Shown here: positions 1-12,627 of the stretch, in pieces
Layout of the letters: every line of letters starts with the position of its first letter
Position numbering within the stretch: the first letter of the stretch is position 1
From: Podarcis liolepis
Taxonomy: Eukaryota
Direction: 5' to 3' (one strand)
Assembly (NCBI GenBank): GCA_965112155.1
Contig: OZ218100.1
Length of the DNA stretch: 64,000 nucleotides
Position numbers and translations under genes: made by a program
Notes under the pieces: model-generated
The model's input: the letters and a program-made list of their open reading frames with translations, nothing else
What the model was told of the DNA's origin: nothing
Database searches by the model: none

Positions 1-355
1 TAATAGCTGCTGTCTGAAGTTTCAGACTGGGGACATTCACAGGAATACCTGAAGAGGCCAGGGACTGAATATGTGCAAAGCAAAATTCCACTACTAAAGT
101 ATGGCCCTTCTTCAAGATTCCCCGCTAAAGTTTTGAAAGCCAAAAAGCACAAAAACATGTATAGTACTTGGCTGCATTTTCTAAATTATCAAGCATGCTA
201 CAATTGTTGCACTGTGCATATTCAGGTATTAATGGCTTTGCAGTAGCTTTTCCTGACGTTGCCCTCCCAATATTTTGGAATAAAAATCCCAATAAGTGCA
301 CCAGCATGGCCAATGGTCAGGGATGATGAGAGTTGCAGCCCAGCAATATCTAGGG

Positions 356-495
356 CAGGCATGGGCAAACTCCGGTCCTCCGGACTACAATGGGACTATA
401 ATTCCCATCATCCCTAGCTAACAGGACCAGTGGTCAGGGATGATGGGAATTATAGTCCCATTGTAGTCCAGAGGGCTGGAGTTTGCCTATGCCTG
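356..495. mobile_element. hAT-like MITE, almost fully palindromic
   Basis: TIRs caggcatgggcaaac / gtttgcctatgcctg; internal arms ggactacaatgggactataattcccatcatccct / agggatgatgggaattatagtcccattgtagtcc. Related partial copies near 300-350 and 21260-21575. Confidence 0.75.
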
Positions 496-916
496 ATGGG
501 GGGGGGTGCCATTCTGGGGAATGCTACTTTGCGGGGTATTTTTATTTGAGGCCTCCTTGCTATGCACATCAAAGCTTGACTTTATGGTCTCCTTACACTC
601 AGACGTTGGACTCTATTCATACACCCATGGGGCTGCACACCAATTTACATGCCACAGATATGTGGCACTTTCTCTAATGCCATTGTGAAAAATAGCTCTT
701 ACTTCACACATCACATGACTTGCATGGTAGAGGGGAACTCACTGAGCGCCTGGAGAAAATGTAGGTTATAAATGTAAAAGTAAAAACAAAACACTAATCA
801 GCAGTCCAGCCTTGTTGTGAGGAGACTGCCCGGACATCAGGATTTTTGGTTTGTCTTCACAAAACCAAATGCCATTGGGAATTTGTGTTGGAGTGAGAAA
901 GAGACCATGGAGTATT

Positions 917-970
917 CTATTATTATTTTTATTATTATTATTATTATTATTATTAATAATAATAATAATA
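917..970. repeat. (ATT)n followed by (AAT)n microsatellite
   Basis: Read directly; the two tracts are reverse complements of each other. Confidence 0.9.
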
Positions 971-990
971 CATCCATTAAAAGGATCACA

Positions 991-1232
991 AAAAGAAAAA
1001 GAAGAGTTTGGATTTGATATCCTGCCTTTCACTTTTAAGGAGTCTCAAAGTGGCTAACAATTTCCTTTCCCTTCCTCCCCGACAACAAACACTCTGTGAG
1101 GTGAGTGAGGCTGAAAGACTTCAGAGAAGTGTGACTAGCCCAAGGCCACCCAGCAGCTGCATGTGGAGGAGCGGAGACACGAACCTGGTTCACCAGATTA
1201 CGAGTCTATCGTTCGTAACCACTACTACACCA
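991..1232 (-). mobile_element. tRNA-derived squamate SINE (Squam3-like)
   Basis: Reverse complement of the copy at 41307-41560: B-box-like head, ctgggtgaccttgggctagtcac-type core, simple-repeat tail. Family name from recall. Confidence 0.8.
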
Positions 1233-3001
1233 TGCAGGACATTACTGTGGGGCATGAGGGCTGCTCATGTTTACCACTTTTTTATTTTTTAAAAACTGCA
1301 TATTGCTCTAGAGAAGACAGATTTAATGAAGTTTGTTTTGAAATATCACAAAATAGCACAAGCAGGAAGGGGTTGTGTCATTCATTATTATTTAGTAACA
1401 TCCAGTGGGACTGGTGAGTGCTATGCAACCACATGCCATGCACAAATTGTATGAACAATGCATGTTCTGGAACTACATTTTCTAAGTAACCAAACATGAA
1501 GGTTTCAGATGCTAGGAAAAAGAGAAGTCTCAGCAAAAGAAGCCATTCAGCCTCAAAAACAGACATTTGAATCTCCTTCAGAATTTGGTTAACAACTAGC
1601 TATCCTACAAACAAAAAACAAAAACACCACCTGGGTCTGAAATTACCCATGAATGCTCTTTGCCTCAATTAATTATATAATGCTTCACAGTCATTTTGTT
1701 TTATTGAGGATAGTCCCATAATAGAGAGGCAGATAGATATAAAATGAAGCAATATGAATGTTTGGGTCCATAAATAGCTTATTATTATCAATCTTATCTT
1801 CACAAGTGCCACACCTGAAACAGCTGTTTAAAATATTTATTCTTGATCACCTACACATTCAGATAAACAAGTGCAATACTCTGTGGTCTTCTTATAAAGT
1901 TTCTGTACAAAGTCATTATGAGTGAGGGGGATTCTGCATCCCAGAACAGCCTCTTATTCATGCAAAGAGTAACCTGCACAATGAAACCTCTTGCTGGATT
2001 AGAGCTATCAATTAATCCATGTTCTCTACGGAACTTTGCACATGATTTATTTAAATAATTAGAATTCACATTTACTTTGCAACCCAACTGTCCTGATAAA
2101 AATATTGAATAATGAATAATTGTAGTGTTCTTGTGAGGAACTATTCACCACAAGAACAATCAAAAATATTCACCATGGATATGACTTTATTACCAAACTA
2201 TTGTGCAATCAGAACTAATCTCATATTGGGTCAGATAATGGTTCCATTCAGAGGCTTCAACCAATCAAACTACAGTATCAAAGTCAATAATGGTACATTC
2301 AAAAGCAGCCCTAATATTCTAGCACTTGGCAGGCATAATCGCTGCTTCAAGTGGATGGTATAGATTTTAGTAAACATACTAAACTGAAATGAAAAAAACA
2401 TAATGGTACAAAGATTTCCAGGTTTGACAATAAGGGTGTCACATTTTGTCCAGCAGCAGGATACTATTATAACCAGCAACATTCTTTTAAATCAATCTAT
2501 TTTATTATTCACTTCTGTATTAGCCTAGCAAACTAAGTATACAAACAAATTGATGTAACAGTAGGACATGCTGGGAAGCACCTGTCAATTCTTAATCACA
2601 TGTGTGCATTTCTCACAAGCTTCTATCCTTTTACTTTCAGGAAGATCTGCTGGTTGTTCTGAAAGACTTGGAAGTTGTTTATTTTCCCCACTTGTTTTTC
2701 TATGCATTTTCTTATAGAAATGGGTAACTGTTGTTGTTTTTGGACAGTGGGTTCACCCCTCACCCACTCTCCTTAGTAATACTGTATAACACGTGAAAAG
2801 CCATAAAAAATACTTACAGTATGGCAGGTGTGTTCTTTTTAGATATTACAACCCTATTGTTTAAAGCACATACTATTGCTTCATTTTACCATAGATACAG
2901 TGCAAGCGAACAATATTTTAAAAGCGAAGCATACTTTGCAAATGTGTGTATGATGCAAATAAATTTAAAGCTAATTGTAAAAATTTAAAAAATGCCCTCA
3001 A

Positions 3002-3183
3002 GCTCTGTAGTAAAGCACATTCATTACAGGCAAAAGGTCTCGGGTTCAGTCACTGGCATCTCCAAACATGGTTGGCAAAGACCCCTGTCTAAAACCCTGG
3101 AGAGCCTAGCCTTGCCAGTTAGTGTCAACAATAATGAGCAAGATGGACCAAAGCACTGACATGCTGTAAGGTAGATTCCTATT
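3002..3183 (+). mobile_element. tRNA-derived squamate SINE (Squam2-like), diverged
   Basis: tRNA-like head then aaaccctggagagc...gccagttagtgtcaacaataatgagcaagatggacc body; similar copies at about 1-110, 28170-28265 and 44887-45078. Confidence 0.65.
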
Positions 3184-4783
3184 TTCCTTTCACTTTACAG
3201 CAAACAGAATACACACAGAACTGAATAGGCAGCTGTAAGTCTTGTACCAACAGTGCCCAGGGGTGGGGTGGGGGGAATCAGTGCTGTGTTTATCCTAGAC
3301 TAGGAGAATAAGGTAGAGATATCTTCTAGCGAACCAGCAGGGTTGGTTCATACTTGAGTCATATACAATTATTTTAGTAAACCAGTCACAAATTCTGGAT
3401 TTGTTTCTGGAACTGCCAATTTTAATCATTGCTTCAATTTCTGGATGGATTAAGGAATAGGAAATTATTTATGTACAGCAAGCCCTGATCATTAATTAAA
3501 AAGTTAGCAAATGAACGGTATGCACAGTAAACAACAGAATCTGCACAGTCTACTTAATAGTTCTCCCCCAGAACAGCTGACAACTTAAAGCTATAAGCCA
3601 CTCCTCACATGTAACAAACAGTTCAGTAATTCATAGTGTTACCAAAGAATGGTAATTTATTCTAAAGTGCTGTGCAGACAAGTACAGTTTGTTCTCATGC
3701 ACTGCAAGAGAACTACAGTATTCAGTACAGTATCAGTAACAGGAGCTGATGACTAAAACACTACCTAGTTTGGGGCCATCAGTGCAAGAATATTCAACCT
3801 AATCCTATCTTGCATGGTTTAATTATAGAGATAACTGTATGGCTTAATTAATTTATCAAGGACATGCGAGCTACACAGGCCCAACTGAATTCCACCCGTT
3901 TTAACCTACCCATTTCAACAGCAGCATCACATTGGAAGCCTCGACAGAGATGTATCCGGTTTTAACAGCACTACTGAGCTTTAAAGCTTTCCTTCCAAAA
4001 TAAAGCCCTAACCCTGAGTTATCACTACTTCCCGGAAGCAGAGCATACAGTGTCTCTCTGAGGAAACTGGGCTCCATGACTGGGAGACGAGACAAGCACA
4101 CATTTATTGCAGGGCCATGTGCAAAACCGGGCAGCACTAGGGTCTTCTCCCCACCCCCCGTATCTGGGAACTTCCAAAGAAAAAAGCAAGTGTGGTGATT
4201 TTGTTTAGTTTGTTTCCCGCAGGGGGTTGCTTTTCTTTTCCTCTTTGGATTAAGCCGCGTTCACCAATCCTGCCAGGTTTAAGGGTGATTAGCGGAGAAA
4301 GCGCTAAATATAGCCGCGTAGTAACTAATTGCATTGCTTTCCCCGGCTTTAATGGCTCCCTGAAGCGGCGGCGGCGCCCCGCTTCCTTTCCCACCCAGGC
4401 TGGGCTGCAATCTGCATCGCCGGGCGGGCGGATTTGTTGCAGTGACCTTCTTCTTCTTCCTCCGCTCCTCTCTCCGCAACTCTGCCCGACACCCGCCCCT
4501 TCTCCTCCTCCCAAATCACGAAACCAGATGGCGACGCGCGTTAACGAACATCTGAAGCAACTGTAGGGAAAGGGGAAGAAGCCAGGCACAAACTGAGGAG
4601 AGAAGAGACCCTCACCGAGAGCGCCAAAACCGAGGGGAGAAATCTGGCCTGGAAACTGAAACAAGCGAGTGGGGCGGGGAGAGAGAGGGACAGGCTTTGT
4701 GGAGGCGCTACACAACCCAAACCCGGTTCGCGTTCACACGTTTGCTGCCCGAAGAGATGGGACCGGCCTCCCCCCGACGCTAC

Positions 4784-4835
4784 CTGCTCTGTAGTCGCCG
4801 TTTTGGCCCAACTCGGAGAGGAGCCTCCCCCACAT
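4784..4835 (-). CDS. CEP85L: CEP85L (centrosomal protein 85-like) first coding exon; rest of gene lies beyond the window start
   Basis: ATG at 4835 in gccATG context encoding MWGRLLSELGQNGDYRA(G), similar to the human N-terminus MWGRFLAPE...; phase-1 donor AG|GTAGC at 4783; synteny with MCM9/ASF1A. Confidence 0.75.
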
Positions 4836-5107
4836 GGCGGGGCCTCCGCGGGCGGAGAGAGGGCCGTCGAGGAGGAGAAGCTCCGGGGGTCCGCACGGAG
4901 ACCCGCGCCCGCGCGCGGCCTGGACGGCAGAGGCTGGAAGGGGCAGCTGCTGCTGGTCGCTCATTGTCGGCCCGCCGCCGCCGCTGCTCCTGCCCTTCGC
5001 GCTTGGCAGCCCGCCTCTGGCCTGCGAGGACCCGAGGCCATGGTTGCTGCCGGCCAGTTCCTTCGCAGGACTAGCAGCGGAAAGGACAAAACTCGCCTCC
5101 TTCCTTC

Positions 5108-5108
<1 letters not shown>

Positions 5109-5140
<32 letters not shown>

Positions 5141-5198
5141 CACACACTGCAGCTTCCCGTCTCTTTTCTTCCTCCGCCTCCTGCTGCTGCTGCTGCTG
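5109..5198 (-). repeat. (CAG)10 and (CAG)6 tracts in the CEP85L leader
   Basis: (ctg)10 at 5109-5138 and (ctg)6 at 5181-5198 on the plus strand. Confidence 0.95.
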
Positions 5199-5756
5199 CT
5201 CGGTGCCGGGCGGGGACAGAGGCGGGAACTCAGCAGATGCTGCCGCTACTCTCTGAAGAGAGGGGAGTTGGCAGCAGAAGCGGGAGGAGGCGGCAGGCAG
5301 CACGGAGCCCGCCAGGGGTAACTGGAGAAGCGGGAGAGGAGGGAGGGGAGAGGGCTGTTTCTTGGAAAGTAGCAGGAGGCAGCCCGGGAACGTGGATCCG
5401 GGAGCACATGCGATAGGGCTTCTGAGCACGTGCAGAGGGCCGGACCCCGTGCGTCTGAGATCATTAGGAGGAGAGAAAGAAAACAAGTTCCAGGTCAACA
5501 GAGAGGCTTGATAGCATGGTCACCAACGGGTGAACTTTGTAACGATAGCGTGGTCCCACTCAGAAGGCAGTTTTGAGTACAATAACACACTGGTTGTTGA
5601 GTTGAGCTAGTTCAACCACAATGGGTAAAAGGGAAGAAGTAATCTTTCTGGTTTGGTTAATACTGGACGAAACCCTATTGGAGATACTTTACACAGGGCA
5701 TGATAAGGCATGGAGGCTGCCAAGAAATGAAAAGAACGTAAGCACTTAAATACTTA

Positions 5757-5902
5757 ACCTGGATAGCTCAGTTGGTTAGAACATGGTGCTGATAATGCCA
5801 AGGTTGCAGGTTTGATCCCCGCATGGGGCAGCTGCATATTCCTGCATTGCAGGGGGCTGACCAGGTGATCCTCAGTGTCCTTTCCAACAATTCTATGATA
5901 TG
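5757..5902 (+). mobile_element. tRNA-derived SINE with CR1-like 3' tail
   Basis: A box tagctcagttgg, B box ggtttgatccc, tail ttccaacaattctatgat; 5'-truncated copy at 40987-41098. Confidence 0.75.
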
Positions 5903-5952
5903 GTGGTAATGGCTGTATCTGAAGGCCTTTTGTTCAGAAAGATCACATGGCA

Positions 5953-6257
5953 CAGTGGTGCCCCGCAAGATGAATGCCTCGCAAGATGGAAAACCCGCTA
6001 GACGAAAGGGTTTTCCGTTTTTGAGCTGCTTCGCAAGACGATTTTCCCTATGGGCTTGCTTCGCAAGACGAAAACGTCTTGCAAGTTTTCGCCCCCCCCC
6101 TTTTTCTAAGCCGCTAATAGCCTTTTAGCCGCTAAGCCTTTAATAGCCGCTAATCCGCTAATAGCGCTAAGCCGCTAATAGGGTTGCTTCGCAAGACGAA
6201 AAAACCGCTAGACGAGACTCGCGGAACGGATTATTTTTGTCTTGCGAGGCACCACTG
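5953..6257. mobile_element. Tc1/mariner (Tigger-like) MITE, family A
   Basis: TIRs cagtggtgccccgcaaga / tcttgcgaggcaccactg; internal (agccgctaat)-like repeats; same family at 10835-11140 and 49590-49720. Confidence 0.85.
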
Positions 6258-6722
6258 CACTTCCTTGTGCAAATGCAGTATCTAGCTGTAGCTCTGTAGC
6301 TGTAGCAATGTGGTGCTCTTCGATGTGATGATGTGGATTGCAGCGCCCTTCAATCCCCACTAGCATGGCCAACAAGAGAGATGGGCACCGCAGTACACAC
6401 TAAATGGAGGGTGTCATGAAGTCTATCCCTGCCCAATGTGATTAAATAATTGGGGTTTTTTTGTCGAGGGGGGGGGCTGGAATTGAGCCAAAAATCCACC
6501 TATATCTGTAATCCATAAAGTTGTGGTCATTTCTAATCCAGTCATGGTCTGCTTGAGTTGATTAATTACATCTTACATTTAGCAACTGCCTGGAGTGGGG
6601 GTGTGGCACTGCGACTGGGCCCACAATAAACTAACTTTGTGTTGAGTTCCCCCATCTTTCTTCCAGAAAGAAAGCACAAGTCACAAGGATAATATGAGAA
6701 TCAGGCCACAAATGGCTTCCCA

Positions 6723-6908
6723 CAGAGGTGGATTTAGGGCAACACAACTGATTTCCTCACACTGGGCGCCAAGCTGAGGGGGTCACCACACAGCATCACA
6801 TCTATGACATAGTGCACATGCAGAATGGAAGGCAAGAGGCAGGGGGGCACCAAATTTTGGCCTCTCAAAGGGTGCCACTGAAATTCGAAAGACCAAAGTC
6901 CACCCCTG
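6723..6908. mobile_element. Small TIR element (MITE) with apparent 7-bp TSD
   Basis: TIR cagaggtggattt / aagtccacccctg; flanks cttccca / cttccct; related copy at 21298-21474. Confidence 0.7.
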
Positions 6909-7096
6909 CTTCCCTCATAGATAGGCTCCCTCACCACACAGTTTGTCTTTTCTGCAAATTACAAGTAAAGCTGTCCTTATACAAGTAGTTTCTACTTGTT
7001 TTACATCTTTGTCTCAGGACTTTAACTCAATTTTAACCTCTCTTGGATTCGTAAACATATTAATAGAGATCAGTGCACCAAATATAAGACAATATA

Positions 7097-7567
7097 CCGT
7101 ATTTTTCGCCCTATAGGACGCACTTTTTCCTCTCCAAAAATGAAGGGGAAATGTGTGTGCATCCTATGGGGTGAATGCAGGCTTTCACTGAAGCCTGGAG
7201 AGCGAGAGGGGTTGGTGCGCACCGACCCCTCTCGCTCTCCAGGCTTCAGGAAGCTCTCCGCAAGTGGTGGGAGAGCTGCCCGAAGTCGCGCAGCTCTCCC
7301 ACCGCTTTGCGGAGAGCTGCCTGGACCCAGAAGCCTGGGGAGCACTGCACAGCGCGCCCCGGGCTTTGTGCAGATATCGGGCAGCTCCACAAGCTCGGGG
7401 GACAGCAGGGAGGCGCAGCGCGCCATCCCGCTGTTCCCCGTCCTGGTTTGGATTCCCCGACCTGGTTTTGGGGGGAAAATAAAGGGGGGAAATTCCTTTA
7501 TTCCCCCCCCCCAAAAAAACTAGGTGAGTCCTATAGGCCGGTGCGCCCTATGGGGCGAAAAATACAG
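7097..7567. mobile_element. pogo/Tigger-like MITE with GC-rich internal hairpins
   Basis: TIRs ccgtatttttcgccctataggacgcac / gtgcgccctatggggcgaaaaatacag; TA on both flanks. Confidence 0.85.
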
Positions 7568-10500
7568 TATATGGTTTCTAGACTATGCTAGACCTGTTTC
7601 AGGTCTATGCTAGACCTGTCTAGATACATACAAAGTTTGGTATTTGCCCAAAGCAGGAACATTGATAAATACTAGATATACACCTCTCTCAAAAAAAGTT
7701 AGTCAACCTATTAATCACCAGCACACCTGCAGACATATATAATTTGTAAAGTACAAGCTACATTTACTGTGGATTTCTGTGTTCTTAATACACACCACAT
7801 AGAAGCATGATTATGTTGAAGTTGAGAGACCAACTGCTGAAATCGTGTGGTATAATATATGATGCAATGACAATTAATCACTCTCATATTGTCAGCTTAT
7901 GGTGGTTTTTTTCTTAAGCATATTAAGTCTGAGAGATTTTATTAACAAGCTATCATTCAAGACAGAAAAGGAGTATTCTTACAAAATCTGTAAGAAACAA
8001 GAACATCAGTTATGTAAGACTCAGTCCCCCCCCCCCACTTGGGGTAAGCGTAAAAATACAATTTTCAGACATAACATTGCAGATTATTTGCATTTTGTGT
8101 ATCTTGAGTACAAGAGTATATGCCTTGATACATTTTGTGCATCTTGTGCATCTTCAGGTGTTCTAGACAAGTGTGCACTAGTGGAAAATATACCATCACT
8201 GTAGCTGCTATGTGCATACACAATCCCCCCTCACCTTTCATTCTCTAGCTTGACTATAATAAACAGATTGAAAGCTTTCATATTTCAACTATACAGAGTT
8301 CTTCACTATGTCTAAACTCAGTAAACATTTTCATCTAATTTAAACTATGATTTGTTCAAACAACTCAGAATCAAACTGGTTTATGAGCTACCTTATTAAC
8401 AAAACAGACTAACCAGAGTTCACCCTAATTTGTATATAACAATTTAGAAGCAAATGCTTCCAGTTGCTGCTTGTGCATTTAATGCTGAACCATAGTTTTC
8501 TGTTATGTCCAAAAAGGATTCATAACTTACTGAAAGGTGGCGTTTGAGTCTGTAGCAATGAAAACAACATAATGTATTACTTTTTAAAAGTTGCAGATTT
8601 ATTCTGATATGATGAATTTTCATCAGTTGATGTGTGTATGTAAAGGAAGAAGGTGTAAACTTCAGTAAAATGTTAGTTAAATGGAAAAAGCAAGTCTGTG
8701 AGAGGCTTGTAAAGTGACCATTCCCTACAATAGTAACTGATGATAACATAATCATATGATATCTGTAATGGGACAGGAAATCATTTTCTTGATTCAAGAC
8801 AAAACATAAACATCTTGATAAGTTCTAATTCAATAATTTCACAATGGAGTTTTCCTTTGAAATTCCTTTGTTGGCAAATGGCATTATAGAAATTGGCCCT
8901 TATCTTGATTTGTCATTCTCTTCTGTTTCACAAGTGTCTGATAAACACTGCATTGAGTTACAGCTTCTCCAAGACTGATGCACTCTTGGTAAACAGTGTG
9001 CAACATTTATAGTTTGAAATTCCATTTATAAATCCTGCAGTCTTCTTAAAGCAACTGCAGAATAAACAAACTGAATAGCAGCAAGCGTATCAGTCCCTAG
9101 ACAAGTTTAATTGGGATACAACCAATGGAAGGCAACTGACCCAGAAAAGCAAAATTATAGAATTCTGTATGCTTTGCTGCACTCTGGATTTGACTGAGCA
9201 GAGGGAACAGTTCACGCCATTGACACAAACACAAAATTGTTAATTATGTATTGTCCTTGATTGTGAGCAGAAATTAAATTTACCCCATGGTATGTTAATT
9301 TAAAATACAGTCATGCCATGGTTATAGAACCGAGGCTTCATTATCTCCTGTTTCTTAAGCCACACACAATAAATCTAACTGGAAAACAACAACAACAAAA
9401 TTATTAGAAATATGCTTTACAGTTCTTCACAAGATCAAAATATTGAAAAGTAATGGAAGTGAATAGAGAATAGATATGTTCAAGGACATAACATAATCTC
9501 CCCCCCCCCCAAGTCTGCTGCACTTACTCTTGATCTGCTTCAGGATGCAAAACTTTTTGTTTAAGCAAACTATTTGGGGTGAGCAGGGGATTTAATAGCT
9601 GTCTTTTAAATGGCTGTGTTATACTGTATTTCTATATTGCTTTCATATGTAATAAATAAGTCAATTCCAGCCTAACATAAAGCCAAGGAAGTGGGTAGCT
9701 CTTGTATCAGGAGGAAGGATGGGTAAGAATAGCAGAAATAACAGAGTCACGTTAGGCCTAAGCAAGTGAAGCAGAGTCAAATATTGCATATTCAGTATTT
9801 TGAATATAATACATAAATAAAATCTGGTGATATCTAACCATGAAATTAAAAAAATTAAAATGGTAACTGGATGTTGTCAATCATGAAAAAGTCTAGTTTA
9901 GCCAAAAGTTCCATAATCTCTTTGATCTTCTGAGATGATTGTGAACTAAAGGATCCAAGTTTGGATCTGCACTGCAGGTGTTTCTTGGTTAACATACATT
10001 TTTGTCTTGCTCTGTACTATCTTGGAGCAAACGATCATGTCAATTATATTCTGTAGTTATCTCAGGAATGCAGAGGTGGATGGAATTCAAAATTCACTGC
10101 ATTGTTCGTGGGAGGCTTGAAACCGTCTTTTAATATCACATTTGTTGCAAAGTTAAGCAGAAAATGTGTGAAGTGTCTATAGCTCAGATACTAAGCTAAC
10201 CGATCCAAAGAAACTGCACAACCAAGTTTCCTATTGCAAAATCATTGTAGGAGAAATAAGGTGTGCATCTCCCCTTTCAAGCTTTAGGAGTTCATGTATT
10301 TTGCAGAGCTTGCAAAGGGCCACATTCGAAGCCAGCACATGGCTCCTGCCAGCACATTAGGTCCCCCACCTTTCCTCCCCCCATGTGCCACTGCAACTCC
10401 CCCAAATCTGTCCTGGAGGGTCAGGAGAGCCCATGCTCTCCCTGAACAGGCCTGGAGGCAAGGCTGGAATATAATTCTGCCAGGCAATCGGAAATACCTG

Positions 10501-10834
10501 CATTGAAGTAGTGGTCTCCTTAGCACTACAGTGAATATAACCCTAAATTACCCTTCAAACCCAGCTTAATATATTGCACCATTATTGAAGCAAATCAACT
10601 AAAATGGAGTGTTATTCCTAGAAAAAAATATTATTTACAGTTGCTGCTAATTTGCATATGTTAAGACACATATATTATGCCAGGTCAGCATATTTCTTCA
10701 CCTAACCAAATATGATCTAATAATAAGCCTTCTGATATGAAATTTACTGAAGTTAAGAATTGGCCCCAAGGATACTGCTGGACCAGGCAGCTGCAAGAGA
10801 GACATTAAAGGCAGAAGAAACAGGATCAAGCATA

Positions 10835-11140
10835 CAGTGGTGCCCCGCAAGACGAATGCTTTGCAAGACGGAAAACTCGCTAGACATTTTGGAGGTGCTT
10901 CGCAAAACGAATCTCCTATGGGCTTGCTTCGCAAGACAAAAATGTCTTGCGAGTTCCTGCGGGTTTTTTTCCCTTCCCCCCCTTTTTCTAAGCCGCTAAG
11001 CCGCTTATCAGCTGATCCGATAAGCCGCTAAAAGCCGCTAATAGCGCTAATCCGTCAATGGGCTTGCTTCGCAAGACGAATAAACCGCTAGACGAAGAGA
11101 ATCACAGAACGGATTCTTTTCGTCTTGCGAGGCACCACTG
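10835..11140. mobile_element. Tc1/mariner (Tigger-like) MITE, family A
   Basis: TA|cagtggtgccccgcaagacg ... cgtcttgcgaggcaccactg|TA. Confidence 0.9.
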
Positions 11141-12386
11141 TATTTGGACTGTAGGAAACGAAACTGCACTGATTTTCTTGCAGGTCACCAAGAAAATGTA
11201 CAGGACCAGCGTTGACCTGAACAGGAAGCAGGAGATAAGAGTGGCAAATCATGACTTAAAATGTGTTTTTTAATATTCATGACTGCTTTTAGTGAGGTAG
11301 TGTAAAAGGTAGGAGCCTCTATTTTTATTGGGATGGCCAGTTGAACAAATTGTATTATAAGTGAAATTGTTTCACTGTTGTGTATAAAACACTTGTTTGA
11401 CAGCAGTTCCATTTGCAAAACCATTTGTGTGCATGTAGCTCTGGGGACATTAGTTAAAACATCACAAACCCCTCTTTTTGCTCTTTGCATTGCTGCGATT
11501 TAAGGAGAACCATATGGGGAGCTAGCTTATACACACATTTTGCCACATGGAGTTGTTTTCAAGCAGCTGCCACACTTGAGAGAGCTTGCAAGTATCAAAT
11601 AGATCAATGACCCCCCCCCCCTCCCGAGGAAGCAGAGATGCATGATTTTACTGCTTCTTAATCCTTCCATTCTTCTTCCTCCTCTAGACCTGGGCTCCTC
11701 TCATGCTTGGCTTCTGAGTCCTTGGTTGTGCTGAGCTAGTAGCTCCCCTGGTTGGGTCAGTGGAATGGTAGTGCTAGCTTGATAGATAAATATGTGCACT
11801 TACTTCATATTACATATCACCAGTGCTTTTTTTCTGGGGGGATACAGGGGTACGCATACCACTAAACATTTTGTGAGGGATATGCCACGTGTGTTCATTA
11901 GCATAGCAGGACAGTATCCTAGTTATCAGTTTGTTCTATGTTTTATTGCAGGTACATCAAGTGGTCTTCAGTTATCTAGACTTTAATATGTTTTGATAGG
12001 TTTGTTACATGGCATACTGTGTTATTTTTCTTACATCTTTATTGACATGCTGCTGTCTCCTGTTCCATTTGCTATGGCTGCTATATTTATTCTTATGAGG
12101 CCTAAAAGTAGCCAAGAGGAACTTTTTTGGGGCACTCAGTCATGTGGATTTTGGAATAGCACAGAAGGGGTGGCTATATATGTTTTGGAAGTGCTAAAAG
12201 GGATCCAACTTCTCTTTCTCACACACTACTCCTAAGCATATTACCTGGAAGTGAATCATGACTGGTTGCAGTCAGCCTTATTGCCAAATAAACTCTGTGT
12301 GTGTGTGTCATAGTATATATAGAGAGAGAGAAGGGGAGAGAGTTTAAATCAAGTTTTCAATAATCTTTGGCTATGAACTTCATATA

Positions 12387-12627
12387 CAGTGGTACCTCAG
12401 TTTAAGAATAGCCCTGTTTATGAACTATTCGGTTTATGAACTCCACAAAACCGGAAGTAGTGTCCCGGTTTGCGAACTTTACCTCGGTCTAAGAATGGAA
12501 GCCGAACGATGGAATGGCACTGGCGGCAGGAGGCTTCATTAGGGAAAGCATGCCTTGGTTTAAGAACGGTTTTGGTTTAAGAACAGATTTCCGGAACAGA
12601 TTAAGTTCGTAAATTGAGGTACCACTG
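12387..12627. mobile_element. Tigger-like MITE, family B
   Basis: TA|cagtggtacctcagttta ... taaattgaggtaccactg|TA. Confidence 0.88.

Larger units (their letters stand above)
4250..5460 (-). promoter_or_regulatory. CEP85L: CpG island / promoter and 5' UTR of CEP85L
   Basis: Sharp rise in GC and CpG content with GC boxes, surrounding the CEP85L-like first coding exon. Confidence 0.8.

Noticed and set aside
917-970. (ATT)n/(AAT)n palindrome as a functional cruciform
   Set aside because: Common microsatellite or retroposon-tail juxtaposition with no other support.
4137-5498. Many 120-250 aa ORFs on both strands
   Set aside because: Expected in a CpG island with trinucleotide repeats; only the 52-nt CEP85L exon has homology and a splice donor.
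5757-5830. tRNA-like sequence (Ile-GAT-like anticodon arm)
   Set aside because: Acceptor stem is not intact and it continues into a SINE body with a CR1-like tail; a SINE head, not a tRNA gene.
6100-6182. Short repeat array (agccgctaat-like) that could suggest a CRISPR-like array
   Set aside because: Irregular units of about 10 bp with no unique spacers, internal to a MITE and repeated in the copy at 10835-11140.
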